DNA of 64,000 bases from Oikopleura dioica (taxonomy: Eukaryota; Animalia; Chordata). The DNA lies in contig OU015567.1 in the NCBI GenBank assembly GCA_907165135.1, positions 15,562,001-15,626,000 on the forward strand, read 5' to 3'. A program made the position numbers and the translations under genes. The notes under the pieces are model-generated. The model worked only from the letters and a program-made list of their open reading frames with translations. It made no database searches and was not told the origin of the DNA. Shown here one piece after another: positions 1-12,561 of this stretch (the stretch's first letter is position 1; each line of letters starts with the position of its first letter).

Positions 1-1417
1 TTTGAAAATCGTAATAGTGGAGCGCTGAGAGCGTACTAGGCGCGAGTAACATTTTCACGGAAAATGTGTGAATCACGGATTTTCGCCTATTTCATTATTG
101 GGAAGCATATTTTTATTAATAAATTAACATAAATTATTACTTTTTATGGAGTTTCTATGAAAATTTTGTCGTTTTTATCAATTTCACGTTAAAAATGAAA
201 AATTATTTTTCAAGTGAAACTTTTATGAATTTCAAAAATAACAGCGTGATGCCCCCAAGGTTGACCCAAGCTTTATTTTTGTTTTTAAAAAATTATGTAA
301 CTTAAGGTTCTCCAAGAAAAATCGATGTTTGAAACTTTAACCTACTCTTACGACACCCTTAAGAAGTGGACGAGGGTGCCTTTACTTCTGGTGCCCTAGA
401 GCAACTATCGGGCTATACTATGGGATAAAAATTTTTCGAAAATCTTAAGAGGATCACTCCAAAATCACTGTTTGAAAAATTGTTTTCACATGACGGAGGG
501 GTCCATAATCGCCCGCCGAATGGAACTGGTAGGTCCGAATGACCTGAATACTCAAATGAGTATTTGCAGAAGACTTACGCACCTTGTCGCAAAATTTCGG
601 CCTGATAAGCCCAATAAGTACTGCCCGAGTACTAATTTTCTCACGCCACCCCGCCTGCTTCAAGAAAAGAAAAATTTCCCTTCATCTTTTGGAGTCATCT
701 TTGCTCTGGTTTCAAGTTTATCTTTTGATTTTCTAGTATGTGGAATTCGAAAACCATCGTTAAAAATGAAAAAGATGAGTTTTTTAGAGTTGGTCCGTAT
801 TGCCTAGGATCCTATATGGTCCACTGTCTCGGTGGGTGAAGGCGGCTAGCCGAGCCAGAGAGATGCAACGGGCCCACCGCCATGTGCTTACCTCCGCAGA
901 GGCTCCGCCTTGGCTCAACGCGACTGTAGCGAGGCAATCCCTCCATTAACCATCAACAGAGAATGATTAAGATAGAAGATCAAAGACTTTATCGATCAAC
1001 AAGCAGTGTTTTCCGTCGAGTATCCTTCTCGAAAAGGATAAAGCCCTTCTAGATCAGGAAAATGCCTATTTCGGGCAGGAAGTTTCGCGAAAAATACAGC
1101 CCAAAAATAGAAGCCCATAACCTTATTGTGGGCAGTAATAGGTATTTTATGGATCCTGAAGGGCTTTTCTTGTTTGGGCAGTAAATTAAGCGAAAGTTAC
1201 TGCCCCTCAAATACTAGACATTAAAAGTCATTTTTGACTTCAAATTCGGATTTTACACACCCAAAAACCCTATTGGGGATATTTCTAGCGAATTCTATTT
1301 TTTGTCTTCCATATCTCCATATTTGCGGCTTATCCGGGGTTGAGCTGGATCTGATTAAGCAGCTCAACTCGCTCATTTTGTGTACAAAAATTGTACACTT
1401 CGGGTAAGGGTTCTTAA

Positions 1418-2162
1418 GGGTAGAACATGAAATCGGCGCGCGGCGCCTCGCTCGCCCAGCGCCCCGCCGTGCCCTACTTTTCAGAATGCCCTAAAATCGG
1501 AACGGATAAAGCTTTTCAAAAGTTTCTTCGGATTTCAGATCATCAAAGCCTTTACTTTGCACAGATCAAAAATGAGCAGAATCGTCAAACAATTAGTCGG
1601 AGAAAATGACATGAGTTGGTTAAACTCTATCTCCTCTCGCAATTCTTATCCGATTTTTCAAATTTAGATAGGTCCAAAGTGCTCCGTTAGACCTAAAATT
1701 TCGTTGTCTCAGAATTAATTTTGAAGCTTCTTAAAGTTCCACACGGCTTCTCAAAACAAGTGCTTTCACGCCGCGCCGCTTCTTTTCTCACGCGGCGCGC
1801 CTCACGACGGTGCAGCTCTCATTTCAAAAGCTCATATAAAATTCTATAAAGATTCAAAATTAATTCTGTGCCAACGAAATTTTAGGTCTAACGGAGCACT
1901 TTCGACCTATCTAAATTTGAAAATAATCGGATAAGAATTGCGAGAGGAGATAGAGTTTAACCAACTCATGTCATTTTCTCCGACTAATTGTTTGACGATT
2001 CTGCTCATTTTTGATCTGTGCAAAGTAAAGGCTTTGATGATCTGAAATCCGAAGAAACTTTTGAAAAGCTTTATCCGTTCCGATTTTAGGGCATTCTGAA
2101 AAGTAGGGCACGGCGGGGCGCTGGGCGAGCGAGGCGCCGCGCGCCGATTTCATGTTCTACCC
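1418..2162. mobile_element. 745-bp fold-back MITE with ~310-bp TIRs (GGGTAGAACATG...CATGTTCTACCC), TTAA target duplication; Kolobok-like ends
   Basis: TTAA at 1414-1417 and 2163-2166. Arms 1418-~1730 and ~1850-2162 are near-perfect reverse complements, which is why the track shows identical 60-aa ORFs on both strands. Confidence 0.9.
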
Positions 2163-2472
2163 TTAAGGCAGCTTCGAGTAAAGGGGTTAATTTAGTTTTC
2201 TTGTAAATCAGACATGTTTAAGTGCAATATCGTAGAAAAGGTGAGAGCAAGCGATTTATTAAAACTTTCAAACTTACGTATTTTTCTGGTTTTTAATGCT
2301 CTTTTGTATGAAGAGCATAAATAACTGTCTTACTCGCGATATTTTATCCGTGATTATTTTCTCTAGAACAGGATTTTTAATTTTGTATTTTTTGGCTGGA
2401 CCATTCGGACCATTCGGACCATAGTCAGTGGCTACAATAAAAGCATTGGATCCCCTTTTTGCCCTTGTTGTC

Positions 2473-3189
2473 TGTGGTCATTCGTCGGGGTCGCCCCGAC
2501 AAATGAGAGATGAAATAACAGTCATTCGTCGGGGCAATCCCGCTAGATTCAAGTTCAAAAACACACCTATTCGTCGGGGTCGAACAATTGAATACGACGA
2601 ATCAGTGTTTACTCAAACACCTATTCGTCGAGGTCATTCTTTTGCGATGACGCAATCCAAATCGTCAGCTTTAGTCCAAAAGAAAAAAATAGCTCTCATC
2701 AGAATAACAGAGAGGGTTCACTTTAAATTCTTTACTGCTGCAAAAATAAGACTTATTTGAGCTAAAAGTACTTTTTATGATTTAAGTTAAGGTTTGGGGG
2801 CACTAGGCATAATGACAGAACAAACTCAACCGAGGGGGATAGGCTAGGTTTACTTAGGGTTACTGGAAGTAAGTAACCCTAGACTAGACTTCGGCATTTT
2901 AGGACCTAGGGGGCGGAGCCCCCAGGTAAGGGACACTTAGATTCTATAATTTCCTGCCAAAAAGAAGGTCGCTTGGACTCTTGAAAAGTCACTCTTCGAC
3001 CTTTTCCAAAAATTTTTAAAATCAACCACGAAGAATCACTGCTAATTAACACTCATATTCGTCGCAGTTATATAGCTCGACCCCAACGAATTGGTGCACT
3101 TTTTCGCCTTCAATCTGTCGGGATCGACCCCGTCGAATGACTGTGATTTGATTTTTCATTTGTCGGGGCGACCCCGACGAATTACCACG
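2473..3189. mobile_element. MITE with ~60-bp TIRs and subterminal ATTCGTCGGGG repeats
   Basis: TGTGGTCATTCGTCGGGGTCGCCCCGACAAATGA at 2473 is mirrored by TCATTTGTCGGGGCGACCCCGACGAATTACCACG ending at 3189. The ATTCGTCG(G/A)GG motif recurs four times on the left arm. Confidence 0.75.
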
Positions 3190-6100
3190 TACTACCTTTG
3201 CCCTCTTGAAAAAGAATTTCCCTCAAAGCATAAACTTATTTTTGAGAGGAAAGAAAAATTTGCTATTGAGAGCAAAGCAAATAACGCACAGAGATATCGC
3301 TCTTTGCGATGTTATTGGCCTATCAAGGATGAATTTCTATGTTCTGTAGACAAAAATATTATTTCTGTAAGTAAGATCTAAGAAGTCACCCTGACCTTAT
3401 TGATTGTCGCGTCGCTTAAAATATGAAAAAATTTTGTAATTTTTTTTAGGGGACCTGAGCGAGCAGCGCTGAGCAAAACTTCACGCGCTCCCCGTTCTTC
3501 TTAGATATATGATTTTTTGAAATTTCTTTTTGTTAATTATATCTCCAAATCCTCATCTCTCTCTTCCAATTCTTAGTTTTTCTCTATCATCCTTGGTTGA
3601 AGACCTAGCGAGAAAATGACAAGCCCAACTTAAAAGCGCATCAAGTCCTGCAAACTTAATTTTTTTCTTCATGAAACTAGCATCATTGGAAAGCGCGTTA
3701 AATTCTTAACAAATCCCACACAATCAGCTTAACTAACTCTGTACTTACTGGAGATAGAGGCCACATAAACAAGATTACTTAGCGCCCGCCCAGCGGGAAT
3801 CATGTCAAGGAAGCTCAAAATAGCTAAATCGGATCGTCCAGCCGCTGCGCGTTCTGCTGCGAGCGCTATGTAATTTTGTTTGCCTGGCCTTACACGCCAA
3901 AAAGTTCGAATATAGATTTAGAAAATTTTACCCCGTTGCATCCAGAATGCTACAACCTGCCCCCACGCTCGAAATCCAGAATATCTATTGGCAAAGACGG
4001 CCTTTATAAATTTCGCGCTTGGCAACTGGGTAAGATCAATCTGCTGACCCTAGGCGGCATCAACGACACCAAAGTACTCCGGAACAAATGTCACTCGAAT
4101 ACTTTTCGACGAACAATTAACAGTAGCACAACCATCAAGAAGTTGACAAGTTTGAGTCGTTTCATCAAGTTTCCAGCATTTTGAGCTAGGACATTTTATG
4201 CCAACTAAAAATAAGGTTCTTATTATATGTGTATTTTATATAATTTTGGGTTTTTTAAAAAATAAGGAACAAAATTATTTTTTATAAAGGTAAAGATGGT
4301 CGGGTCAAAATTCTTGAGCGCAAGCTTGATGCCAAATCATCATAATTTTTTTTTCTTTATATTTATAAGAACATTATAAATCTACAGAAATTCCGTAAAC
4401 TATATTTAGTGATTCTCACGTGGAAATGGCGCGCGGCCTGGCGCTTTTCGCCCGGAATGTCGGAAAACTAATTCGTATTTTCTGGTGCAATTTTCGTAAA
4501 AAATGCTCCATATCACAGAATCGATGATACTTATTCATAATTCAGGATCAGAAACTCAGCTTCGAAATTTATGATTTTTTAATATGTATAAAAACAAACC
4601 ATTCTTTAAAATTTGTCAAATTTTCAAGACCATGCATAAAATAAAACCTAGCCTAATGACCCGATAACTGAGTAAAATTGGGGGCGCGGTAGAGCATAAA
4701 AAGATGAGCGCGGCCAATAAATAGGTTTCTCTTACTTTTGACGATCTCATCCACTTTAAAAAATTCTGATTATCGATAATGTTAAATAAGAGACCTTTTT
4801 TTACTATCTGCGAAAGTTTAAAGACCATGCAACAACTCAATCGCTTGATAACTGGCTTAGAGTAACGGCGCGGCAGGAAATCAATTGACGCGTGCGCCCA
4901 AAATTAGGGTCCCTCCGATGCCCTGGAGCTCTATTGACATTGCGCCCCGTGTTAGGTTCGAACCTTTCTGCAATAGGTGACAAAACTTAGTGGTTCGATG
5001 CAGAAATTAAGGGATTTCCGGCATTAATCTTATTCATGTCAAGTAAATAATGAAATTTACAATTGATGTCGAAAAAAAAACTTGTTGAATATAAAACCAC
5101 CACGCGTTGCTTCAATCTTGATTTTTATTGCGGATATAGAATCAGCTTCAAAAACTGACTTATTCTGGTTATTTTCAAGGATAAAGACCTATTTTTGATT
5201 TTCCGTGAGAATCCCTAACTATATTTCAAGCAAAAATAGCAAAGAATCGAGTCTCACTCCCGCAGGCCTCAACAAGGATAGGCTGCGCTTAGTGATTCTA
5301 GCTTTATACGCTAGTATAGTACCTAACTACCTCCTCAACAAGCTCTTATCATTGCGTTAAGTTCAAAAGCGGCGATTGGCTCTCGCTGAGGGAGTAGATT
5401 CGGAATCCAGATCTGATAACAGTTGATTAAAAATCCGAAAGAAAAAATATCGGCCATATCCTTCGGGGCTTGTCTCTTACCAGAAGGCTGAACAAGAAGA
5501 AAAAGGCTTATTAAAACAAGCATTCTCTATTTTTTGCGTTTTTCATATTTTCGCTGGTTTTATAAGAAAAAATTTAGCCTTAAGCAATCATTAACCTAGA
5601 TATTGACAAGGTTGACTTACGAAATTCAAAATACAGCGGATTCTTCTTTTCTTGTGTGATTTTTTTATATTTTTTATGGAATGGAAAATGCAAAAGACAA
5701 ATCTAATTAAAAAAAATTAATTAAATTGACAATTTGCAACTAGAGATCTTGCAAAAAAAAAATAACACTGCCTTGAGCGATGACAATTTGGAATGTCTAT
5801 TTTCTTTTAATTTCTGCCTGGTTTATGCAGATTTTCTGGAAATGCAGACAGGTGGAACATTTTTATCAGAATATGTCCCTTTTTTCCATCAATTTTTTAT
5901 CTTTTTTTTTGCGAAAAACAACACTTATAAAAATCACGATTAGTATCATACAAAATTTTAGGAATATTTATGGCTTGAAGAATTTTTTATCCGTTTTCTT
6001 TATAAATTAAATACCTGTTTGCTCTTGAAATTTAAATATTTTTTGTTTTTGCTGTTAATCTATAAATTTGCTTGTTGATACAGTCAAAACAGAGTTTCTT

Positions 6101-6855
6101 AGGATATTTCGTCAATTATTATTGCGAAAATTCATGAAAATATAAAAAGAAGATCTTGTTTAACAGCCAGTGTCGATCAAAAGCCTTGATAAAGGGGGTC
6201 CCCATTGCTTTCGCGTAAGTCACTATTTTCGAATTCTCTTAGAAGATTCGAATAACTCAAGAAAGAGAGCAGCAAAAAATATATTTATGATTTTTTACTA
6301 TCGAAAAGGAAAAGTCATTAAAATCGACCTTGGAGTGGTTGGGTTTGATGAAAAGACATAAAAATATACAAATCAACCCTTTTTCACAGTAGTCTAGAGG
6401 TCGGATCCGGTACAGTTCTTAAGAGTTCATTAGATAAGCTTTGTATTTATGCCCGGAAAAAAGGCTTTGGGTCATGCCCGGAAGGGAGGTCACATGGTTG
6501 AAATTTCAAAAATTGTAAATTTTTTGAATCGCCGATCTTACATTATCATTTTTTTAACTTCAAAAATTCTGATACGTTTTGTTTTAAGGGTTTAAACTAA
6601 AATAATAAGGAAGAAAAAATTGTTTTGAATTATTTTTTTTTGAGATACGCCCAGTCAAAAAGTGCCCAAAATGAGGATAATCGTATATGATATATGGCAC
6701 AAAGATTTTCAAAGGCCTGTAACTAATTTTACCGTGATGTGGGATTTTCATCGACCTCTCTTTTAGCTCCAACTCTTTGCTATACTTTCACGTGGGAGAC
6801 CTTTGGTCAATACGTCAAAAAAGCGAATTTAGCTTCGCTACTCGTGTGCCATATA

Positions 6856-7070
6856 CAGTAAATACCGCTAGTCTGGGACGGTCCTAATTCACGAAAGCGT
6901 CCCAAACCAGCAGGATTTTCGCTTTCGACTCTCGGGCGCCACTTTCGCTTTCGGGGTAAAGCGGTCAGTTTAAAAATGCTCGCCTTGGGCGCTTACCTTT
7001 GATCCTTATTTCGCCCGACCGTCCCAAACTAGCAGGATTTTTGAGCGTCCCAAACCAGCGGTATTTACTG
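6856..7070. mobile_element. 215-bp TA-flanked Tc1/mariner-type MITE (TIR CAGTAAATACCGCT)
   Basis: TA at 6854-55 and 7071-72. TIR of about 25 bp, CAGTAAATACCGCT(A/G)GT(C/T)TGGGACG. It is inserted in an older repeat with TGTGCCATAT/ATATGGCACA units. Confidence 0.85.
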
Positions 7071-7282
7071 TATGGCACAAGAATTTATTGCGATGTGCCA
7101 TATTTGGCACATTTGTCGTCGGCGGGACTTTTTTCCGCCGCAAAAGCATTGCGCGTAATTCTTTCTTATAGAAGAGCCAGAAACATCGACCAAATGTTTT
7201 TTGATGTCAAATGATATCATTTGGCCTCAAATGTCTATAATTTAAAAATATGAGATGTTATGTCAATTTTAATACATCTTTA

Positions 7283-7614
7283 GGACCCCCGTCAGCTTTT
7301 TTTAAAAATCAAATTTCGGAATTTTCGAATTTTGACCCCAGAAATGGATTCTACGGGTCAAAAAACGATTTCGACGCTGCATTTTTGGGGGTCTATCTCG
7401 ACTCTAACACCCTCAAAATCGCATTTGAAAATTTGGCTTTTCGCCGAAAATTGACTAATTTGCCCTAATTTTGGCAAAAATATTTATTTTTCTTGGTCAA
7501 ATCTTCGTCTTATCAAGTTTTTGAAGCAAGTTTAACTTAAGGACACATAAAGAACCAAAAATATGGTGTTTTTGAAAATTTCAATTTTTCGGAGGAAAAA
7601 GATGACGGGGGTCC
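7283..7614 (+). mobile_element. TTAA-type MITE, GGACCCCCGTCAGC family, copy 1
   Basis: TIR GGACCCCCGTCA / TGACGGGGGTCC followed by TTAA (7615-18). The whole interior is the reverse complement of 40850-41184. Confidence 0.85.
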
Positions 7615-8720
7615 TTAAATGCATTATTTGGCCCATCTGCCAAATATGGCACATAAAATACACTGTGATGTGCCATGTATATCATATACAGTATATGGCA
7701 CATTTGTCGTCGGCAGGTGAAATTCCCTTTTGTCGTCGTAAGGTTAAGTTAAAAAAAATTGTGACACGCTTTGTTAGATCTAGGTTGGATCTTACTGTAA
7801 GTGAAAAAAATATTCGGAAACCTAAGTTACAGTTGGCGTAAGCGCCTGTCAAAAATGGCTTATTTCAAAAAAAGCAATGCAAACATCTTCATCAAGGCGT
7901 TTTCTTACATCAACAGAGTTGCATCAGGCAAGAAGTCGAGTAAATGAAAAAGAATCATGCAGAGCATGAGTTGCCTTGACCTTTTTTTAAAAGAAAATGT
8001 GGTTGACCTCGTCCGCCGACCAACGTAAAAAGCGACGTAAAACAGCAAGAACAAATTCCATTTCTATTTTATGGACAAACTCGGATCACGTTATGATGTC
8101 AATTCGGATGCGGTACGTGTTTTTGAAAGAATACAGTAGCACAATCACTGCTTTCGAAATTAAACTGCTTTTGAAATAAGGACCGAGACGAGCGTTTTGC
8201 CACGTGGAAAACAAAGACCTGCAATAATGCCGATGCAATGGCATCTTTTGAAATCAACGATGACAATAATGATATCTACCGATTTCAATCACACTATCAA
8301 TGATAGTCCCGTCATCGACCTGATCATCATATTTGTCTCTTTCTTTACCGGTATCGAACTATAACGATTCTAAGACTTTTAAGATTTTTATTGGATGTTA
8401 GTAGTTTTTTGTCAGAATTAATAAAAATCGCATAAAGCAGGATGAGAAGAAAGAGTTTCAGTGGCACAATGTGTGGAAAAAGGCACTTATTTTGCGTTTC
8501 AGTAAGGTTTTACGTAAGCTCAAGAATTTTTCAAGCTTGGAGATGAGAAATTTCACTGCATTTGAGGATGGTTTTTTTCTGTCGGGGAGAATTTCTGAGT
8601 GATGATGATTTTTGCCTTCATCAATTTTGAATCGTTGGAGATTTTTTTCGCTTTAGATTTTCGTGCCAAAATAATCTGAAATGAAATTCAAAGGCTTCTG
8701 AAAAAGAAATATAGTCTTAC

Positions 8721-9663
8721 CATTTAGTAAAGGAAAAGTAGTACTCCTGGTATCGCAGCTGATCATGAGTTCTGTCCAAAAACGGCGAGATGTTTCCATT
8801 ATCGTCGCCGAGACTCATGTAATCAGGCCTCGAGCGCGTTCCCTTCGCTTCTCTTCCGCGCAAGTCAACTGGCTCTTCTTCGCCATCAGAGGTCGAGACG
8901 GAAGAGACAGTAGAGCCGAGTGAATCGCGCCGGCCGCTTTGGAATTTGCACACTTCTTCGGTGAAGACTTCTTCGTCGGAGTGGCAGACGCGCTCGTCTT
9001 CGGGGACTGACGCCAAGTTTGGTGCTTGTGGAGTCAGTGTGTACAATCGCTTTCTGAAAAATTATTTATTTCGGGGTGTACAGCGATAGTATATTTAAAG
9101 CCAAAATTAAGGGGATGGTGTCTGGCACCGACAAAAAAAAAATTCGACAAATTTTGCGTGGGCGGCTACTCGGCTGCTGATTGGCCGGTTTGCCGAGTCC
9201 AGGCTCCTGATTGGTTGAAAATTTCCACGCAAAATTTGTCGAATTTTTATAGTCGGTTTCAGACACCTCCCCAAATTAAGGGTATCACCTTGTTCAAAAA
9301 AAGGTCAATCTAAGGTAGGTCATCTGTGCAGAAAACCTGAGTCAGGGTATGAGAGGCGTTTTTATTTTTATCATCTGACCCGGAAGAACTCCGCGTCTCA
9401 GAAACATCATAAATATAAAAACTGGGTTTTTACGCAAATCGACGATCGCCATTAAAAAGCGTTATAAAATCAACAAAAACGTACCTTCGTCGTTTGGTCG
9501 TGTTCCGGTTCTCCATCTTTCGTCTTTCGAGTCCGGAGAGTTTGCTCCCGTGGGAAGAGACCTGCTTCTTCGCCACGTGACTGTTTCGGTTGCGATGCTC
9601 GTCGATCATCCGCGCCACTTTCTGGGCGCTAGAATCCTGCTCCGCTTCGTGGTGTCTACTCAT
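8721..9663 (-). CDS. Uncharacterised low-complexity protein (exons 9663-9485 and 9053-8721; further exons unresolved)
   Basis: A GT-AG intron (9484-9054) joins in phase 2 to give MSRHHEAEQ...TTKRRRKRLYTLTPQAPNL...RRDSLGS...PDYMSL...YFSFTK. An acceptor AG lies just before the ATG. Confidence 0.5.
9111..9272. mobile_element. ~160-bp palindromic MITE carrying two CTGATTGG (CCAAT) boxes; other copies at 21752-21909, 22975-23090, 27456-27684 and 52541-52681
   Basis: TIR GG(T/A)GGTGTCTGGAACCGACAAAAA...TTTTTGTCGGTTCCAGACACC; TTAA at 9107-10. The same core GCGTGGGCGGCTACTCGGCTGCTGATTGGCCGG recurs in all copies. Confidence 0.85.
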
Positions 9664-12379
9664 TTTCGTTCTGAAAGAATTTTCGTTGAATTAAAAAAAT
9701 CGCAAAAATTGTAATTGAATGGAGTGTTGACCGGAGTTGGACCGCCCAGTGAAGCGGAAGTGGTTAGCAAATTTGCTCAGAGTCGAGAAAAAAATGAAGC
9801 CATAGTTAAATTTATCGTTTTTGTGATTCATAAACTCAGCATTTGCGTAACTGCAGCGTAACGCTCTTTTTGCCGAGTACTTTGGTTCTGGCAGTTTCCT
9901 TCGTAAAATTTAAAGAAAATATTTAAAAAATTAAAAGAGGGGAAAATAAATAAATCGAAATGATCAATCTGTAATAACAATATTTTCAAACTTGGGTTAA
10001 GCATCATGACACCCTTAATTTACAATTTTAGGGTACTAAGAAATTAGTAATTTAGTTAATATGTCTCTGAAAGTTTAATTTTTTGCCTTCAAAGGGGCTT
10101 GATTGAGCTTTTTGAATGTGAAAGAAAATAAGGGTATCACTAGCTTAATTTGAAGGGAAAATTCACGATTTATGATTGCAGAAAAATCCTAGTTTTGAGG
10201 TAAAAATCCACTTTTCCCTTCCTGAATCTTTTAAAAAAATGATCTTACTTTTTAATCCATATTTTTATCATCTTTTGAAGTCTAATGGGGAGCCCAAAAA
10301 GTTCAGACATCCTCTCTATCTCCTCTTTAAAAAAGGGGAGTGATCCGGGACTCTCTTGATTCTTCATTTTTTATTAAAAAACTCTTGAATAAATTACCTC
10401 AATAAGACTAGCTCCGTTTTTCAAGTCAAAAAGAAGGAGAACTACTGTTTTTTTCTCTTTGATATTTTTTTTCTCGTAATCGAAAGTTTAAATTGTTATG
10501 TTTTTTCTGTTCTGAAGGGGTCTTCCTCTGGGGCAGATTGAGTTTGCCCTCGGGTGGCGCTACGAAGGCTTATCAAGGTCACATGTGTGTGAGAAAACGA
10601 GCAAGAGGAGGGTGTTGTTCTTTTCGAGTGAAAAATGAGAGTGAAAAGTTTCAACCCCGCGAGAGTTCAGAACTGCGCTGGGAAGACTACGCGTCTTCTA
10701 TCAGTTGATAGGGAGATCCCGCGCGCATTTTTGACCGACGAGTGGATTTCGGTCGCTTTTAATTTGCTGAATCGCGGAAAAAGGGGATGATCGAGGGGAT
10801 CAGTGTAAGGCGGATAAAGAAGAGTGGAATCGACGTATCCTTCAAGGATAGGATTCAGCGATAAAAACAAGGGATAGAAAAGGGATCAATTGATCAATTC
10901 TGCATTGACCTGAATTTACTCGAAAATTCTTGGACTTTCTTCAAAAAAAAAATTGAGGCTTTTGACGAAAAAATCAGAATTTTCTCAAAAAAAATCATGA
11001 AAAAACTGATTCTGTTAAAAAATAAGGGTATCAATATGATAATCTAAAGAAAAATTAATCAAATAAAAACTGTCTTCAAATCAGAATTTTTCTTCAAATC
11101 AAATATTTCGCGAGACAGTAATCCCAAGTTTTCCTTATCAAAAACAATATTTATAGAGCATTTAGTGTCTTCCCATTTCCGAAAACACAGTCGCCTTCAC
11201 ATGACCTTCACCCCGCGATAAAAATAATATTTAACTTTTTGTTTCTACCTTGTTTGGTTTGCGTTTCCCATTTCCAAACTTATCATCAAAGTCAAAAAAA
11301 AGCGTCAATTCAGTTTCGTTATATTTCTCTTTTGGTATTAATTTTTGAATCTTCTCGAAACAGCAATTTTATTACTAGAAAGACGCGCTAACGCCCACTG
11401 GCGATCTCAATTCAGAAAACCCGTAAAATTTATATATAATTATGGCTTCTGTGAAACTAACAGCAGAAATAAGCTGACAAAAATAGATGTAGATGCTGTA
11501 TAAGCAAATTTGAAGAACAACTCCCACGAGATCTCAATCAAATTTACTTTTTAGGCCGCTTCAGTTTTCAATTTACAAAGAAGTAAATGCTAATGGCTTT
11601 TTATTAGTCTCGTTTCCAGGTTAAATTTCACCGCAAATTGGACCAGACATTCTAAACCTGAAGCAAAAAAATAGGCTGCTCCTATTCTCTGGAGATTTTT
11701 TTCTGGACCAATTTTTCAAATCGATTTTTAAGGGTGTAAGGGGCCTTAAAAACTGGGCCGTTGGCCCGGGCTTGCTTTTGCTCCTGTCAGACACCCTTAA
11801 TTATTACTCTAACGAAAATAGGTTCAGAAAAAAATCTACAGAAACTAGAAATTGCCAAAAAATAAGGGGATTACTAAATTAAGAGAAGAGGGCTTACGCC
11901 TTCATTTTTGTGTACTGATTTAGCCTTGGTGATAAAAAAGCCTTCTCGGAAAAGAAACGACCCACATTTTTATACATTTTCGTCAATCACCAATTGTGTC
12001 TAGCACCTGCTCCTGTTTAATAACTTGTAATTAATTTATTATTATGACCAATCCAATTAATTTGGACTAGTCTCTACCGGAATTTCCCGAAAAGGCGTGT
12101 CTGCCAGAAAAGACATGTTTTTTCAGAATAACGGTTTCTGTCTTAAAATTTGAGTTTTATCGCGTCATTTGTCAAAATATAAAATCAGGTCAGCTTCAAT
12201 TTTACGACTTGAGTTGATCAAGGTTCAACTCATAAATTAACAGCTCGCTTCAAAAACAATTTATGTGTTATTTTCTTTCGAGGGTAAACAACAAAATAAG
12301 GGACCACCTTATTCGCGCAAAAATTAAAAAAAATATGCGAAAAAATTTTTAGTTAGGGTTACCTAATCCTAACCCTAAT

Positions 12380-12561
12380 AGCAGCTTTTATAAAAATAAA
12401 ACGAAGCCGCTTTGCAGGATTAAACAACCCTAACCCTAACTTTTATTTTGCAATGGAAAATCCCCTAAATAATCGTTTTTGCTCGATCCGTGTACAAAAT
12501 AAAAGTTAGGGTTAGGGTTATTTAATTCAAAACCGCTTCTTTTTTTTTGTAAAAGCTGCTG
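12380..12561. mobile_element. Palindromic element with (CCCTAA)2/(TTAGGG)2 in its arms
   Basis: Arms of about 70 bp: GCAGCTTTT...AACCCTAACCCTAACTTTTATTTTG and CAAAATAAAAGTTAGGGTTAGGGTT...AAAAGCTGC. Confidence 0.65.

Noticed and set aside
1427-2153. Two identical 60-aa ORFs on opposite strands
   Set aside because: They are the two arms of the 1418-2162 inverted repeat, not duplicated genes.
7250-7468. ORFs 7250-7468 and 40949-41188
   Set aside because: Both lie within GGACCCCC MITE copies and have no transposase motifs.
9026-9313. Recurring ORFs with GGYSAADWPV/DWLK (also 22936, 27494, 52479-52741)
   Set aside because: They are chance translations of the CCAAT-box MITE; frames and ends are inconsistent.
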